64,000 nt of DNA, taken from assembly GCA_964537935.1 (NCBI GenBank), contig CAZICT010000001.1, positions 277,553 through 341,552 of the forward strand, in the 5' to 3' direction. The position numbers were made by a program, and so were the translations under genes. The DNA is from an uncultured Candidatus Saccharibacteria bacterium (GTDB taxonomy: Bacteria; Patescibacteriota; Saccharimonadia; Saccharimonadales; CAZICT01). Positions 1-8,647 of this stretch are shown one piece after another. Every line of letters starts with the position of its first letter. Positions within the stretch are counted from its first letter, which is position 1. The notes beneath the pieces are model-generated. The model was not told the DNA's origin. It worked only from the letters and a program-made list of their open reading frames with translations, and did no database searches.

Positions 1-231
1 GGTGTTTCGAAGTATATCCAATACATCAAAGCCGCTAACTTTTGGCATCATTACGTCGAGCAAGATAAGGTCAGGACGATATTCCAAAGCGGACGCCAAA
101 GCATCTTCTCCGTTTGGTACGCGTCTTACATTAAAACCTTCGGCTTCTAGACGGGTTTGATATACACTCGCGAGCGCATCATCGTCCTCGACGAGTAAAA
201 TTTTTTTGGGGTTTTGATTTGTGCTGTCCAT
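1..231 (-). CDS. Response regulator receiver (REC) domain protein, C-terminal part cut off by the window edge
   Basis: Reverse-strand ATG at 229-231. My own translation is MDSTNQNPKKILLVEDDDALASVYQTRLEAEGFNVRRVPNGEDALASALEYRPDLILLDVMMPKVSGFDVLDILRNT. It has the CheY-like acidic pocket (VEDDD) and the phospho-acceptor context LILLDVMMP. It is absent from the ORF track because it runs off the window. Confidence 0.75.
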   Translation of the reverse strand, partial: MDSTNQNPKKILLVEDDDALASVYQTRLEAEGFNVRRVPNGEDALASALEYRPDLILLDVMMPKVSGFDVLDILRNT

Positions 232-258
232 GACGCTTATGCTACTACAGTTATTTGA

Positions 259-1872
259 TTATTGCAACAATGTTTTTATAAATCCGTCAAACAACGGATG
301 TGATCGGTTGGGTCGCGACTTGAACTCCGGATGAAACTGACTGGCTACAAAGAATGGATGATCGACCGCCTCTATAAGTTCAACAAGGTTATTATCCGGA
401 TTAATTCCAACTGGTCGAATTCCCCATGATGCATAGTCGTCACGGTAGTAGTTATTACACTCATATCGGTGACGATGTCTTTCGGTGATACGCGAAGCTT
501 TGTACAGCTTACGGGCGATGGAATCTTTTTCCAGATCGCACAAATAATCGCCAAGCCTCATTGTTCCACCGGTGTTTTCCTTGCCTTTTTGATCTTCCAT
601 AGTGTTGACTACCAGGTGCTTGCTCTTCGGGTTGAATTCTGAGGAATTCGCGTCTACGAGCCCAGCCAGCCGCGCTGCAGCAATCACACCAACCTGCAAG
701 CCCAAGCACAAACCAAGATAAGGCATTTTGTTCGTGAACGCATACGAAGCGGCTGCTATTTTACCTTCTATGCCCCGGCTACCAAAGCCTCCAGGCACAA
801 CTAAGCCATCGCATTCGGACAAAATTCTGTCGACAGAATTTGAATTTTTCTCCAACTTTTCAGCTTCAATCCAGCGTATCGCCACGTTAGTATTATTTCC
901 CCAGGCAGCCGATCGCAAAGCTTCGAATACCGACATATAGGTGTCTTGATTGTCCATATATTTGGCCACTACGCCGACGGTAACTGTTTTATCAAAATCA
1001 GCTGTGGCTTGTGTCACTACCTGCCGCCAGTTCTTGAGATCCGGTTTGGCTACTTTAAGGTTGAGCTTCTTGGAAATAACGCCGGCAATACCAGTGTCTT
1101 CCAGCGTAAGCGGCACTTGATAAATAGAAGGCGCGTTAGGCAATAGTGCGATTGAATCAGTGGAAACTCCGGAAAACAGGCTCAACTTCTCAATTACTTG
1201 CTGTGGCGCCTGCTTTTCGCTACGAGCTACCAGAATATCCGGAACTATTCCAAGCCCCCTTAGGTCACGAACAGCATTTTGGGCCGGTTTTGTTTTAAAT
1301 TCATGACTTGCGCCCAGATATGGCATATAAACAACGTGCACGAATACACAATTTTCACGGCCGACCTGAAGCGCCAGCTCCCTAATCGCCTCCAGAAAAC
1401 TGAGACCTTCATAGTCACCGACCGTACCGCCTATCTCGACGATATGGACATCAAACCCATTTGCAGCCTTTAAAATTTCTTCTTGGCTGGCAGTTGTAAC
1501 ATGCGGAATGAACTGAACGGTTTTACCTAGATACTTACCCGCTCGCTCGTCTTCAATAACCTTGCTTAATATACGGCCGCTCATCACCGAGCTTGTTTGG
1601 GTTAGTTCCTGGTCTAGAAATCTCTCATAGTGCCCCAGATCAAGATCAGTTTCTGCTCCATCTTTGGTGACGAAACACTCTCCGTGTTCAGCCGGATTTA
1701 GAGTTCCGGCATCGGTGTTCAGGTATGGATCGCATTTTTGGATGTTAACAGAGAGCTTGCGAGCCTTAAGTAGTTTGCCGATTGAAGCGGCGGTGATACC
1801 TTTACCGAGTCCCGATAAGACTCCGCCAGTAACAAACACGAACTTAGTCGGCCTTTTTGCCACTACCCTCAC
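259..1872 (-). CDS. pyrG: CTP synthase
   Basis: 537-aa ORF. The N-terminal synthase motif is FVTGGVLSGLGKG. The C-terminal glutamine amidotransferase context is GLCLGLQ and HRHRYE. The start is GTG at 1872 or GTG at 1863 (uncertain). Confidence 0.95.
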   Translation of the reverse strand: MRVVAKRPTKFVFVTGGVLSGLGKGITAASIGKLLKARKLSVNIQKCDPYLNTDAGTLNPAEHGECFVTKDGAETDLDLGHYERFLDQELTQTSSVMSGRILSKVIEDERAGKYLGKTVQFIPHVTTASQEEILKAANGFDVHIVEIGGTVGDYEGLSFLEAIRELALQVGRENCVFVHVVYMPYLGASHEFKTKPAQNAVRDLRGLGIVPDILVARSEKQAPQQVIEKLSLFSGVSTDSIALLPNAPSIYQVPLTLEDTGIAGVISKKLNLKVAKPDLKNWRQVVTQATADFDKTVTVGVVAKYMDNQDTYMSVFEALRSAAWGNNTNVAIRWIEAEKLEKNSNSVDRILSECDGLVVPGGFGSRGIEGKIAAASYAFTNKMPYLGLCLGLQVGVIAAARLAGLVDANSSEFNPKSKHLVVNTMEDQKGKENTGGTMRLGDYLCDLEKDSIARKLYKASRITERHRHRYECNNYYRDDYASWGIRPVGINPDNNLVELIEAVDHPFFVASQFHPEFKSRPNRSHPLFDGFIKTLLQ

Positions 1873-1949
1873 ACCTCTCTAATTTTATCTTCCTACTCTA
1901 GCACAACCCGATTGCACATTCCAAGAAACAATGACCGCACTTATATAAG

Positions 1950-3173
1950 TTATCTGCCTAAAAATTCTTTTGCTGCCTCAAGCTGCGGATCCCGATCGGC
2001 CTCAAAATCCTCTTCAGTGAGCTTAACTTCCCTATCCGGTTCGATACCTTCTTTGTCTATGTTTTTTCCGTTCGGAGTAAACCACCGCGCAATTGTAACT
2101 TTTAAGATGCTGCTGTCACCAAGGTTTACCAGCGATTGCACGCTGCCTTTGCCGAAACTCTTGACGCCAATAATAGTTGCCACGTCGTGGTCTTTTAAGG
2201 CTCCGGCGGTAATTTCGCTGGCGCTGGCGCTACCCTCATTGATCAATACGACAGTTGGCATACCCTTAAGTATTGAATTGCCGCTGGCGGTGAAAGTCTT
2301 AACAACCGTGCCGCCACGTTTTTCCTCTAATACCGTTTGACCTCTGTCCAGCCATAAACTTGAAAGATCAACCGCAGCATTTAATAATCCGCCAGGATTG
2401 CTGCGCAAGTCTAGAATGACGCCTTTTACATCCTGGTTTTTAAATTCCTGGGCAGCTTCACGTGACAAACGCGCCGTATCATCTGAGTAACGACTAACTT
2501 TTAGGTACCCTATATTACCTTCAATGATTTCAGATTCCACGCTTGGTATAGTTATCTGTTGACGGGTAATAGTGAATTCAAGTTCTTCAGTATTGCCACG
2601 CACCACGGTGAGCTTAACGTCCGTACCTACCGGCCCGCGTATTTTACTGACCGCTTCAGAAATACTAATCCCCAGCGCCGATTCGTCGTTAATTTTTATT
2701 ATTACATCCCGTGCTCTTAAACCTACTTCCTCAGCCGGAAAACCAGCAATTGGCGCAACGATAATAACAGTGTCGTTTTCCTTTCCAAGCTCGGCTCCTA
2801 TTCCGCTAAAAGTACCGCTAAGTTCATTATTAAAGTCAGCCGCTTCTTTTGGATTTAAATACTCTGTATATGGATCTCCTGTAGCTTGCGCCAAACCATC
2901 TTTAAGACCGTCAAGTAAAGCTTCGGCACTTAACTCACCGTCAAAGTTATCTTTTAGCGAATCGTAGACCTGCTCAACTGATTGGTAGCTAAGATCTTCA
3001 GGCAGGTCGTTATTGACCGGTTTAGTGCCAAACGAATCAGGAAGAATAGATAATCTGCCATTACCCACACCTATCCCAGCCGTGAATACGATAACCAATA
3101 CAGCCAGCGCTAAAAATAATTTACCAAGATTGAACGATTTTCGAGCATTTCGCTCCAATGGCGCATGTGCCAC
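1950..3173 (-). CDS. ctpA: Carboxy-terminal processing protease (S41 family) with N-terminal membrane anchor and PDZ domain
   Basis: 407 aa. TM helix LFLALAVLVIVFTAGIGV. PDZ-like segment GIGAELGKENDTVIIVAPIAGFPAEEVGLRARDVIIKIND. S41 core context NEGSASASEI and KSFGKGSVQ. GTG start preceded by GGAGGG. Confidence 0.85.
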   Translation of the reverse strand: MAHAPLERNARKSFNLGKLFLALAVLVIVFTAGIGVGNGRLSILPDSFGTKPVNNDLPEDLSYQSVEQVYDSLKDNFDGELSAEALLDGLKDGLAQATGDPYTEYLNPKEAADFNNELSGTFSGIGAELGKENDTVIIVAPIAGFPAEEVGLRARDVIIKINDESALGISISEAVSKIRGPVGTDVKLTVVRGNTEELEFTITRQQITIPSVESEIIEGNIGYLKVSRYSDDTARLSREAAQEFKNQDVKGVILDLRSNPGGLLNAAVDLSSLWLDRGQTVLEEKRGGTVVKTFTASGNSILKGMPTVVLINEGSASASEITAGALKDHDVATIIGVKSFGKGSVQSLVNLGDSSILKVTIARWFTPNGKNIDKEGIEPDREVKLTEEDFEADRDPQLEAAKEFLGR

Positions 3174-3302
3174 TTTATCCCTCCATGAAATTTATATACT
3201 CGGAGTCTATTATCTCACACAAACAACCAACGACACTAAGTAAATAAACGTTTGTGAGATGGTTTTCAGGTTTTTACTGCAAACAACCGCTTGTGTTTTA
3301 AG

Positions 3303-4415
3303 CTACGGGAAGTGGATGAAAACAAGACTGCCGGGCCAAATCACCGCTTCTGAATAACGGCCGTCCCAACTGGCATTATATTGGCTTACGAGTATGCGTC
3401 CGTCTTCGTACACATGCTCGACATACATTACATGACCCCATCGGCCGGAATTACTAACCGCAACATCACCGACCCTGGGATTGCCGTCCACCGGGATACC
3501 TGCCGCCCTGGCGTTGTCGTCCCATTGATTAGCGTTCCCAAAACCGCCCCAGTACGGCATATGGCGACCGCTCTTCCAGACCTTCCAGGCGGTATAGCTA
3601 ACACACTGACGCATGTACATACCCCATGGATCCACGTAAGTGTTCGGGAACGGCTCAACGCCGGCCCACGGATAACCAGAAGTATCTGGAATATTGCGTA
3701 ACCCATTTCCAAATAACTTGGCGTTTTCAATTGCCTGCTGCCTACGCAGTTCAGCGATTTCATCATTATTCTCTTTAATCTTTGCGTCTATTTGACGACG
3801 TTCGGATTCGTTAAGCGCGAGCAAGCGATTTTGTTCAGCGCGCTGTGTGTCGAGGACGGCTTGCATACCCTTTTGGTCTTCAATCAATTTATCAAGGCTG
3901 TCTTTTTGTTTTTTAAGCTCAAGCTTGAGAGCATTGACCTTATCCAGTGTTTGTTTAATTTTATCCTTAACGCTGTTGCGGTATTGTTGTTTGTCTACAA
4001 ATTCGCTTAGATCTTTACTGGAAGCCAGCATCTCGAGCGTCGTAATATCACCCTCTAAGTACATGGCTTTAATGTTTTCGCCCAATAGCTTGCGCTGACG
4101 CTCCAGTTCTTCTTCGGCTGCTTTAATGTCTAGTTTTAATTTATCAGATTTAGCCTGGTTATCTGTTATCTGCTTTTCCAGCGTTGAAATTTGTGCGGCT
4201 AAGGCGTCGATTTTTTCCTGCAAACTTGCCGCTTGTACCTCAAGACTTCGCTGAGCTTGCTGGTTTTGAGCGTTTTTCTGTTTAAGTTGAGAAATCTGAT
4301 CTTCAAATCTGTCAGCACTCACAAAAGGGGTGGCTAAGAGGCCAACCGTTAAAACCGCCGCCAAAATGGCGTAGTTATTTTTTGAGATATGTTGCCAGAT
4401 TGTTTTTATTTTCAT
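3303..4415 (-). CDS. Secreted coiled-coil plus C-terminal CHAP-domain peptidoglycan hydrolase (PcsB-like), paralog 1
   Basis: 370 aa. Signal/anchor helix, then about 200 aa of heptad-rich Q/E/K/L sequence. CHAP motifs follow: catalytic Cys context RQCVSYTAWKVW and His context WGHVMYVEHV. Confidence 0.8.
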   Translation of the reverse strand: MKIKTIWQHISKNNYAILAAVLTVGLLATPFVSADRFEDQISQLKQKNAQNQQAQRSLEVQAASLQEKIDALAAQISTLEKQITDNQAKSDKLKLDIKAAEEELERQRKLLGENIKAMYLEGDITTLEMLASSKDLSEFVDKQQYRNSVKDKIKQTLDKVNALKLELKKQKDSLDKLIEDQKGMQAVLDTQRAEQNRLLALNESERRQIDAKIKENNDEIAELRRQQAIENAKLFGNGLRNIPDTSGYPWAGVEPFPNTYVDPWGMYMRQCVSYTAWKVWKSGRHMPYWGGFGNANQWDDNARAAGIPVDGNPRVGDVAVSNSGRWGHVMYVEHVYEDGRILVSQYNASWDGRYSEAVIWPGSLVFIHFP

Positions 4416-4452
4416 TTTTGACTACTGTTTTTATTTGACTTTAGTCCAGCTT

Positions 4453-4481
4453 ATTGTAGCATAACCATTAGCAAATTACAA
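4453..4481 (-). promoter_or_regulatory. Candidate sigma70-type promoter for CHAP paralog 1
   Basis: On the minus strand: TTGTAA (4481-4476), a 17-nt spacer, then TACAAT (4458-4453). It lies about 40 nt upstream of the ATG at 4415. Identified by eye only. Confidence 0.45.
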
Positions 4482-4554
4482 CCATGGTCCTACCCCTTCT
4501 ATCGGTGTAAAAATTACGAACAATACCCTGCTGTCGACGGCTTCGGCTTATGAT

Positions 4555-5688
4555 TTAGAAATGTATGAAAACCAGACTTCCTATCGGTATACGCGCCTCG
4601 GAGTAGCGACCGTCCCAGCCAGCGTTGTACTGGCTGACATATATGGTTCCGTCACCATAAACGTGTTCAACATACATAACGTGACCGTAAGTACCGCTAT
4701 TACTGACAGCTACATCACCGACTCTGGGATTGCCGTCCACCGGGATACCTGCCGCCCTGGCGTTGTCGTCCCAGTATTTGGCGTTACCGTGGCCGCCCCA
4801 GTAAGGCATATGGCGACCGCTTTTCCAGACTTTCCAGGCGGTATAGCTAACACACTGACGTTTATACATTCCCCAAGGGTCAACATAGGTATTCGGGAAC
4901 GGCTGCACGTTTGACCAAGGATAGCCAGTGGTGTCCGGTACGTTTTGCATACCGTTGCCAAATAGTCTGGCGTTCTCAATTGCCTGCTGTCTACGCAGTT
5001 CATCAATTTTTGTGCTATTGGCTCGCATTTCACTATCAAGCTTGGCCCGTTGCTGTTTGTTAAGAGATAAGAGCCGGCTTTGTTCGGCTTTTTGGGCATC
5101 GAGCTGCTGCTTCATTCCTCTAAGGTTTTCAATTACGTCTTGGAGTTGCTTCTGCTGAGCGGCAAGTTCGGCTCGCAAGCTTTCGATTGTTTCCAGCGTT
5201 TTGGTAATTTTATCCTTAACGCTAATGCGATATTGCTCGCGATCAACAAAATCACTTAAATCATTACTGGAAGCCAGCATCTCAAAAGTACTTATGTCGT
5301 CCTCTAGGTACATCGCTCGAATGTTTTTGCCAAGCAAATCCTGCTGCTTCTCGATCTCGACTTCTATTTCAGCTATCTTTAATTTCAAAGCATCAGCCTT
5401 GCGCTGATTTTCCGCGATTTGCTTTTGAAGATCCGAAATCTGCACTTTAAGCGCATCTATCGCTTCCTGGTAACTGGCTGCCTGCAGCTGCAGTTCCTGC
5501 TTTTGGGTCTCCAACCCTCTGTTGGTATTGTTAAGTTCACTGATCTGCTGTTCATACTGATTTGCATTAACTACTGTCGGCAAAATCAGTGAAGCGACTA
5601 TAAATAGTCCTGTTATGGTTAATTGAAGTGTTTTTGTGGTGAGTTTTGATTGTTTCGTTGTTTGTTTGATCAAATCAAGATTGATCAT
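4555..5688 (-). CDS. Secreted coiled-coil plus C-terminal CHAP-domain peptidoglycan hydrolase (PcsB-like), paralog 2
   Basis: 377 aa with the same architecture as 3303-4415. CHAP motifs are RQCVSYTAWKVW and YGHVMYVEHV. No Shine-Dalgarno sequence is visible before the ATG at 5688. Confidence 0.8.
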   Translation of the reverse strand: MINLDLIKQTTKQSKLTTKTLQLTITGLFIVASLILPTVVNANQYEQQISELNNTNRGLETQKQELQLQAASYQEAIDALKVQISDLQKQIAENQRKADALKLKIAEIEVEIEKQQDLLGKNIRAMYLEDDISTFEMLASSNDLSDFVDREQYRISVKDKITKTLETIESLRAELAAQQKQLQDVIENLRGMKQQLDAQKAEQSRLLSLNKQQRAKLDSEMRANSTKIDELRRQQAIENARLFGNGMQNVPDTTGYPWSNVQPFPNTYVDPWGMYKRQCVSYTAWKVWKSGRHMPYWGGHGNAKYWDDNARAAGIPVDGNPRVGDVAVSNSGTYGHVMYVEHVYGDGTIYVSQYNAGWDGRYSEARIPIGSLVFIHF

Positions 5689-5737
5689 ACGGCGTTATAA
5701 ATTCCCTTTACCCTTATAAATTCAAAATATGCACATG

Positions 5738-5763
5738 AAAAAGCCTGCTTACCTAAAAAGCAG
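5738..5763 (-). terminator. Candidate intrinsic terminator after ftsX
   Basis: Minus-strand hairpin CTGCTT-tttaggt-AAGCAG (5763-5745) followed by GCTTTTT. The stem is only 6 bp. Confidence 0.4.
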
Positions 5764-5843
5764 TACTTATATAACAGTTCTAATTCTTTATAACTTGTCC
5801 CCTATACCCTTAGCTTTATAGCTTTCTGATTAAAATAAGAGTT

Positions 5844-6803
5844 TTATTTTGTGGTCTTAAATTTGAGATACCGCCGCGTAGCGATTAAGGAAGATGCGGC
5901 ACCGATGAGTATACCTATTGCAAGCTGTGCTGTCAAAATTTTCACAAAATTTTCGTTAAAATAATTACTCGCGTATGAAATATCAAGCAGTCCAAAGCTA
6001 CTGGCCTCAAAAGCATTGGCAGTAACTGAAAATAGTGTCTGAATTATCGCGATTGATAAAGCTGCCGCTGTAATTCCATAAATTATAGTCTCCACGACGA
6101 AAGGTCCACGTATAAAACTCGTACTTGCTCCGAGCAGACGCATGATTTGTAGCTCGTCACGACGGTTAAATATAGCCATCCGTATGGTGTTGAATATAAT
6201 CAACATTGATACGACCATAAATACGACGACTCCGACGACGCCGGCACGCTGGAAGAATGATGTTGCCTGAGTAATGTTATCTATCGCTTCTTTTCTGTCA
6301 CCTGAATAAGATGTTTCATCCGACTGTAAGGCTTGTATATCAGGCTCTTCAAGTACGGCTCGGATTTCGTCTATCCGATTTGGGTCGCTTGGCTTAATTC
6401 GTAAGCTTGCCGGCAAAGGATTGTCGGTCTGGGAGATCGCCAAAAGCAGATCCGGGTTGTCTTGGTTTGCGTCTTTATAATCTTCGAGTGCCTGCTCTTT
6501 GCTGACATACTCAATGGACCGGACTGTTTCCAGACGCCCAAGTGTTTCAATAAGGTCATTCCGCTGATTATCGGTAACATCGTCACGTAAATAAACCGAG
6601 ATATCGATACGATCAGTAATTTGAGTGATGGTATTGTTGAAAGTCGCACTGGCGACTACCGAAAACAGAATGATTGTCAGGGTTATAACCATGACGGCAA
6701 TTGCTGCGATAGCTAGTGTAAGATTACGCGTAAAGTTCTGAAAGCCGGTTTTAATGATACGGCCAAACGTTATCAGTTTGTGATTGGATGGACGCGCAGC
6801 CAC
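5844..6803 (-). CDS. ftsX: Cell-division ABC transporter permease FtsX
   Basis: 319 aa. TM1, a large extracytoplasmic loop, then three C-terminal TM helices. The GTG start overlaps the ftsE stop by 1 nt. Confidence 0.9.
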   Translation of the reverse strand: MAARPSNHKLITFGRIIKTGFQNFTRNLTLAIAAIAVMVITLTIILFSVVASATFNNTITQITDRIDISVYLRDDVTDNQRNDLIETLGRLETVRSIEYVSKEQALEDYKDANQDNPDLLLAISQTDNPLPASLRIKPSDPNRIDEIRAVLEEPDIQALQSDETSYSGDRKEAIDNITQATSFFQRAGVVGVVVFMVVSMLIIFNTIRMAIFNRRDELQIMRLLGASTSFIRGPFVVETIIYGITAAALSIAIIQTLFSVTANAFEASSFGLLDISYASNYFNENFVKILTAQLAIGILIGAASSLIATRRYLKFKTTK

Positions 6804-7501
6804 TACTGCAACCCTCTTGTATTAGTGTTGTATTCTGCGTTGGCTCGGTCGCTTGCTACCCGCCCGGCTTCAATCGTTACTACCCGCCGCTTTAGCTTGT
6901 TGACGATTTCAGTGTTGTGGGTAGTAAGCAGTACTGTCGTGCCGTAGCGATTTATCTTTTCGAGCACTTTGATAACTTCCCATGCGTGCTTTGGGTCAAG
7001 GTTTCCGGTAGGCTCATCGGCGATTAGAATTTTCGGCTGACGCACAATTGCCCGAGCTATCGCCACGCGCTGACGCTCGCCGCCTGAAAGTTCGCTGGGC
7101 ATCCGCTTTTCTTTACCTTTCAATCCGACAATATCCAGCACACGAGGCACGGTATGCTTGATTTCTTTACTACCATACCCGACTATTTCCAGCGCAAAAG
7201 CCACATTCTCAAAAACGTTTTTATTGGGCAGTAGCTTAAAGTCTTGAAAAACCACTCCTATTTTTCTGCGTACTAATGGTATGTCTCTGTCTTTTAGTTT
7301 GTCGTAGTCCAAACCACCAACCACAATTTTGCCGCTGGTTGGTTTCTCTTCTTTGGTAAGAAGTTTTAAAAGAGTTGATTTACCGGCACCACTGGTTCCG
7401 ATAATAATCACGAACTCTTTCGACTCAACATGCAAAGATACACGATCAAGTGCCGTATTCGAGCGGTTATATACTTTTGTTACCCTATCCAGAAGAATCA
7501 T
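6803..7501 (-). CDS. ftsE: Cell-division ABC transporter ATPase FtsE
   Basis: 232 aa. Walker A GTSGAGKST, ABC signature LSGGERQR, Walker B ILIADEPTGNLD. Confidence 0.92.
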   Translation of the reverse strand: MILLDRVTKVYNRSNTALDRVSLHVESKEFVIIIGTSGAGKSTLLKLLTKEEKPTSGKIVVGGLDYDKLKDRDIPLVRRKIGVVFQDFKLLPNKNVFENVAFALEIVGYGSKEIKHTVPRVLDIVGLKGKEKRMPSELSGGERQRVAIARAIVRQPKILIADEPTGNLDPKHAWEVIKVLEKINRYGTTVLLTTHNTEIVNKLKRRVVTIEAGRVASDRANAEYNTNTRGLQ

Positions 7502-7554
7502 TTGCTAATTCAGTATACCAGATATGCTTATTTTCAAAAGTAACTTGCGGCTAT

Positions 7555-8640
7555 CTATTCCCCGATAGTATCTTCCTGGTAGGCGTTGATAAAGTCATCA
7601 ATTTTACCGTCCAGCACTGCGTCCGGGTCGCTGGTTTCGTAGCGAGTACGAAGATCTTTGACTTGTTTATAAGGGTGCAGCACATAGCTACGAATTTGAT
7701 TACCCCAAGCCGCCTGTTCATTCGGACCCTTGAGTTCAGCAATGTTTTCTAAGTGTTGCTCTTGCTGTAGCTGAGCGAGCCTGGAGCGCAGTATTGTCAT
7801 TGCTGTCTCTTTGTTCTGCAGCTGTGAACGTTCGTTTTGGATGGCGACGACAATGCCCGTCGGTGCGTGAGTTATACGGACTGCCGAGTCAGTCGTGTTT
7901 ACGGACTGACCTCCATGACCACCCGCCCGATAAACGTCTATCTTGAGGTCCTTTTCATCAATCTTCACCGCGTCAGGCTTATCAATTTTTGGCAATACCT
8001 CAACCTTGGCAAAGCTCGTCTGTCTTAGATTATCGGCATTGAAGGGACTAAGACGAACGAGGCGGTGTACACCATGTTCGCCTTTCAGGTGGCCGTATGC
8101 AAAATCTCCGGCAATCTCGATGGTAACGCTTTTAATACCGGCTTCGTCACCGGCGGATTCATCAATGGTTTTTACTTGATAGCTGTGTGTTTCTGACCAG
8201 CGGACATACATTCTCAGCAGCATCTGCGCCCAATCCTGAGCATCGGTCCCTCCGGCCCCCGCGTAAATACTTAGGATGGCGTCAAAATCATCGTAATCAC
8301 CTGAAAATTTGAGCTGTTCTTTCAGGGTTTCGTAGGTCTTGCTAAGCTGTTCGTGTTGCTTTAAGAGTTCATCAAGAAGAGCGTTATCATCAGTCTTCGC
8401 CAGTTCAACAATATCTCTCGCTTGGGACTGAAGCGTGCGCCATGGATTAACTCGATTTTCCAGCTTGCTGATGCGCTTCATCGTTTCTTGAGCGGCTTGA
8501 CTGTCGTCCCAGAAATCGGATTGACGGGATTGATGCTGAAGCGTTTGCAGTTCCGATTCCAGGATATCAATCGACAGCTTTTCGGCTGCACCATTGATAT
8601 CGCTTAGGAGTTCTTCAGCTTGTTTTCTTAGCTCATCCAT
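7555..8640 (-). CDS. prfB: Peptide chain release factor 2, encoded in one uninterrupted frame
   Basis: 361 aa. SPF tripeptide (RLSPFNA) and GGQ (GGHGGQSVN). The N-terminal 40 aa are in the same frame, so no +1 frameshift is needed. Confidence 0.95.
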   Translation of the reverse strand: MDELRKQAEELLSDINGAAEKLSIDILESELQTLQHQSRQSDFWDDSQAAQETMKRISKLENRVNPWRTLQSQARDIVELAKTDDNALLDELLKQHEQLSKTYETLKEQLKFSGDYDDFDAILSIYAGAGGTDAQDWAQMLLRMYVRWSETHSYQVKTIDESAGDEAGIKSVTIEIAGDFAYGHLKGEHGVHRLVRLSPFNADNLRQTSFAKVEVLPKIDKPDAVKIDEKDLKIDVYRAGGHGGQSVNTTDSAVRITHAPTGIVVAIQNERSQLQNKETAMTILRSRLAQLQQEQHLENIAELKGPNEQAAWGNQIRSYVLHPYKQVKDLRTRYETSDPDAVLDGKIDDFINAYQEDTIGE

Positions 8641-8647
8641 GAGCTGA

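Noticed and set aside
3212-3260. An imperfect inverted repeat, ATCTCACACAAAC ... GTTTGTGAGAT, between the CHAP paralog 1 stop and the ctp start.
   Set aside because: It has a 25-nt loop, a bulged stem and no following U-tract. That is not convincing as a terminator, and I found no second copy elsewhere to suggest a regulatory motif.
7555-8640. I looked for the programmed +1 frameshift (an in-frame TGA near codon 25) that many bacterial prfB genes carry.
   Set aside because: The 361-aa ORF includes the N-terminal ~40 residues in the same frame as the SPF and GGQ motifs, so no frameshift is required. This is a known minority arrangement, not a novelty.
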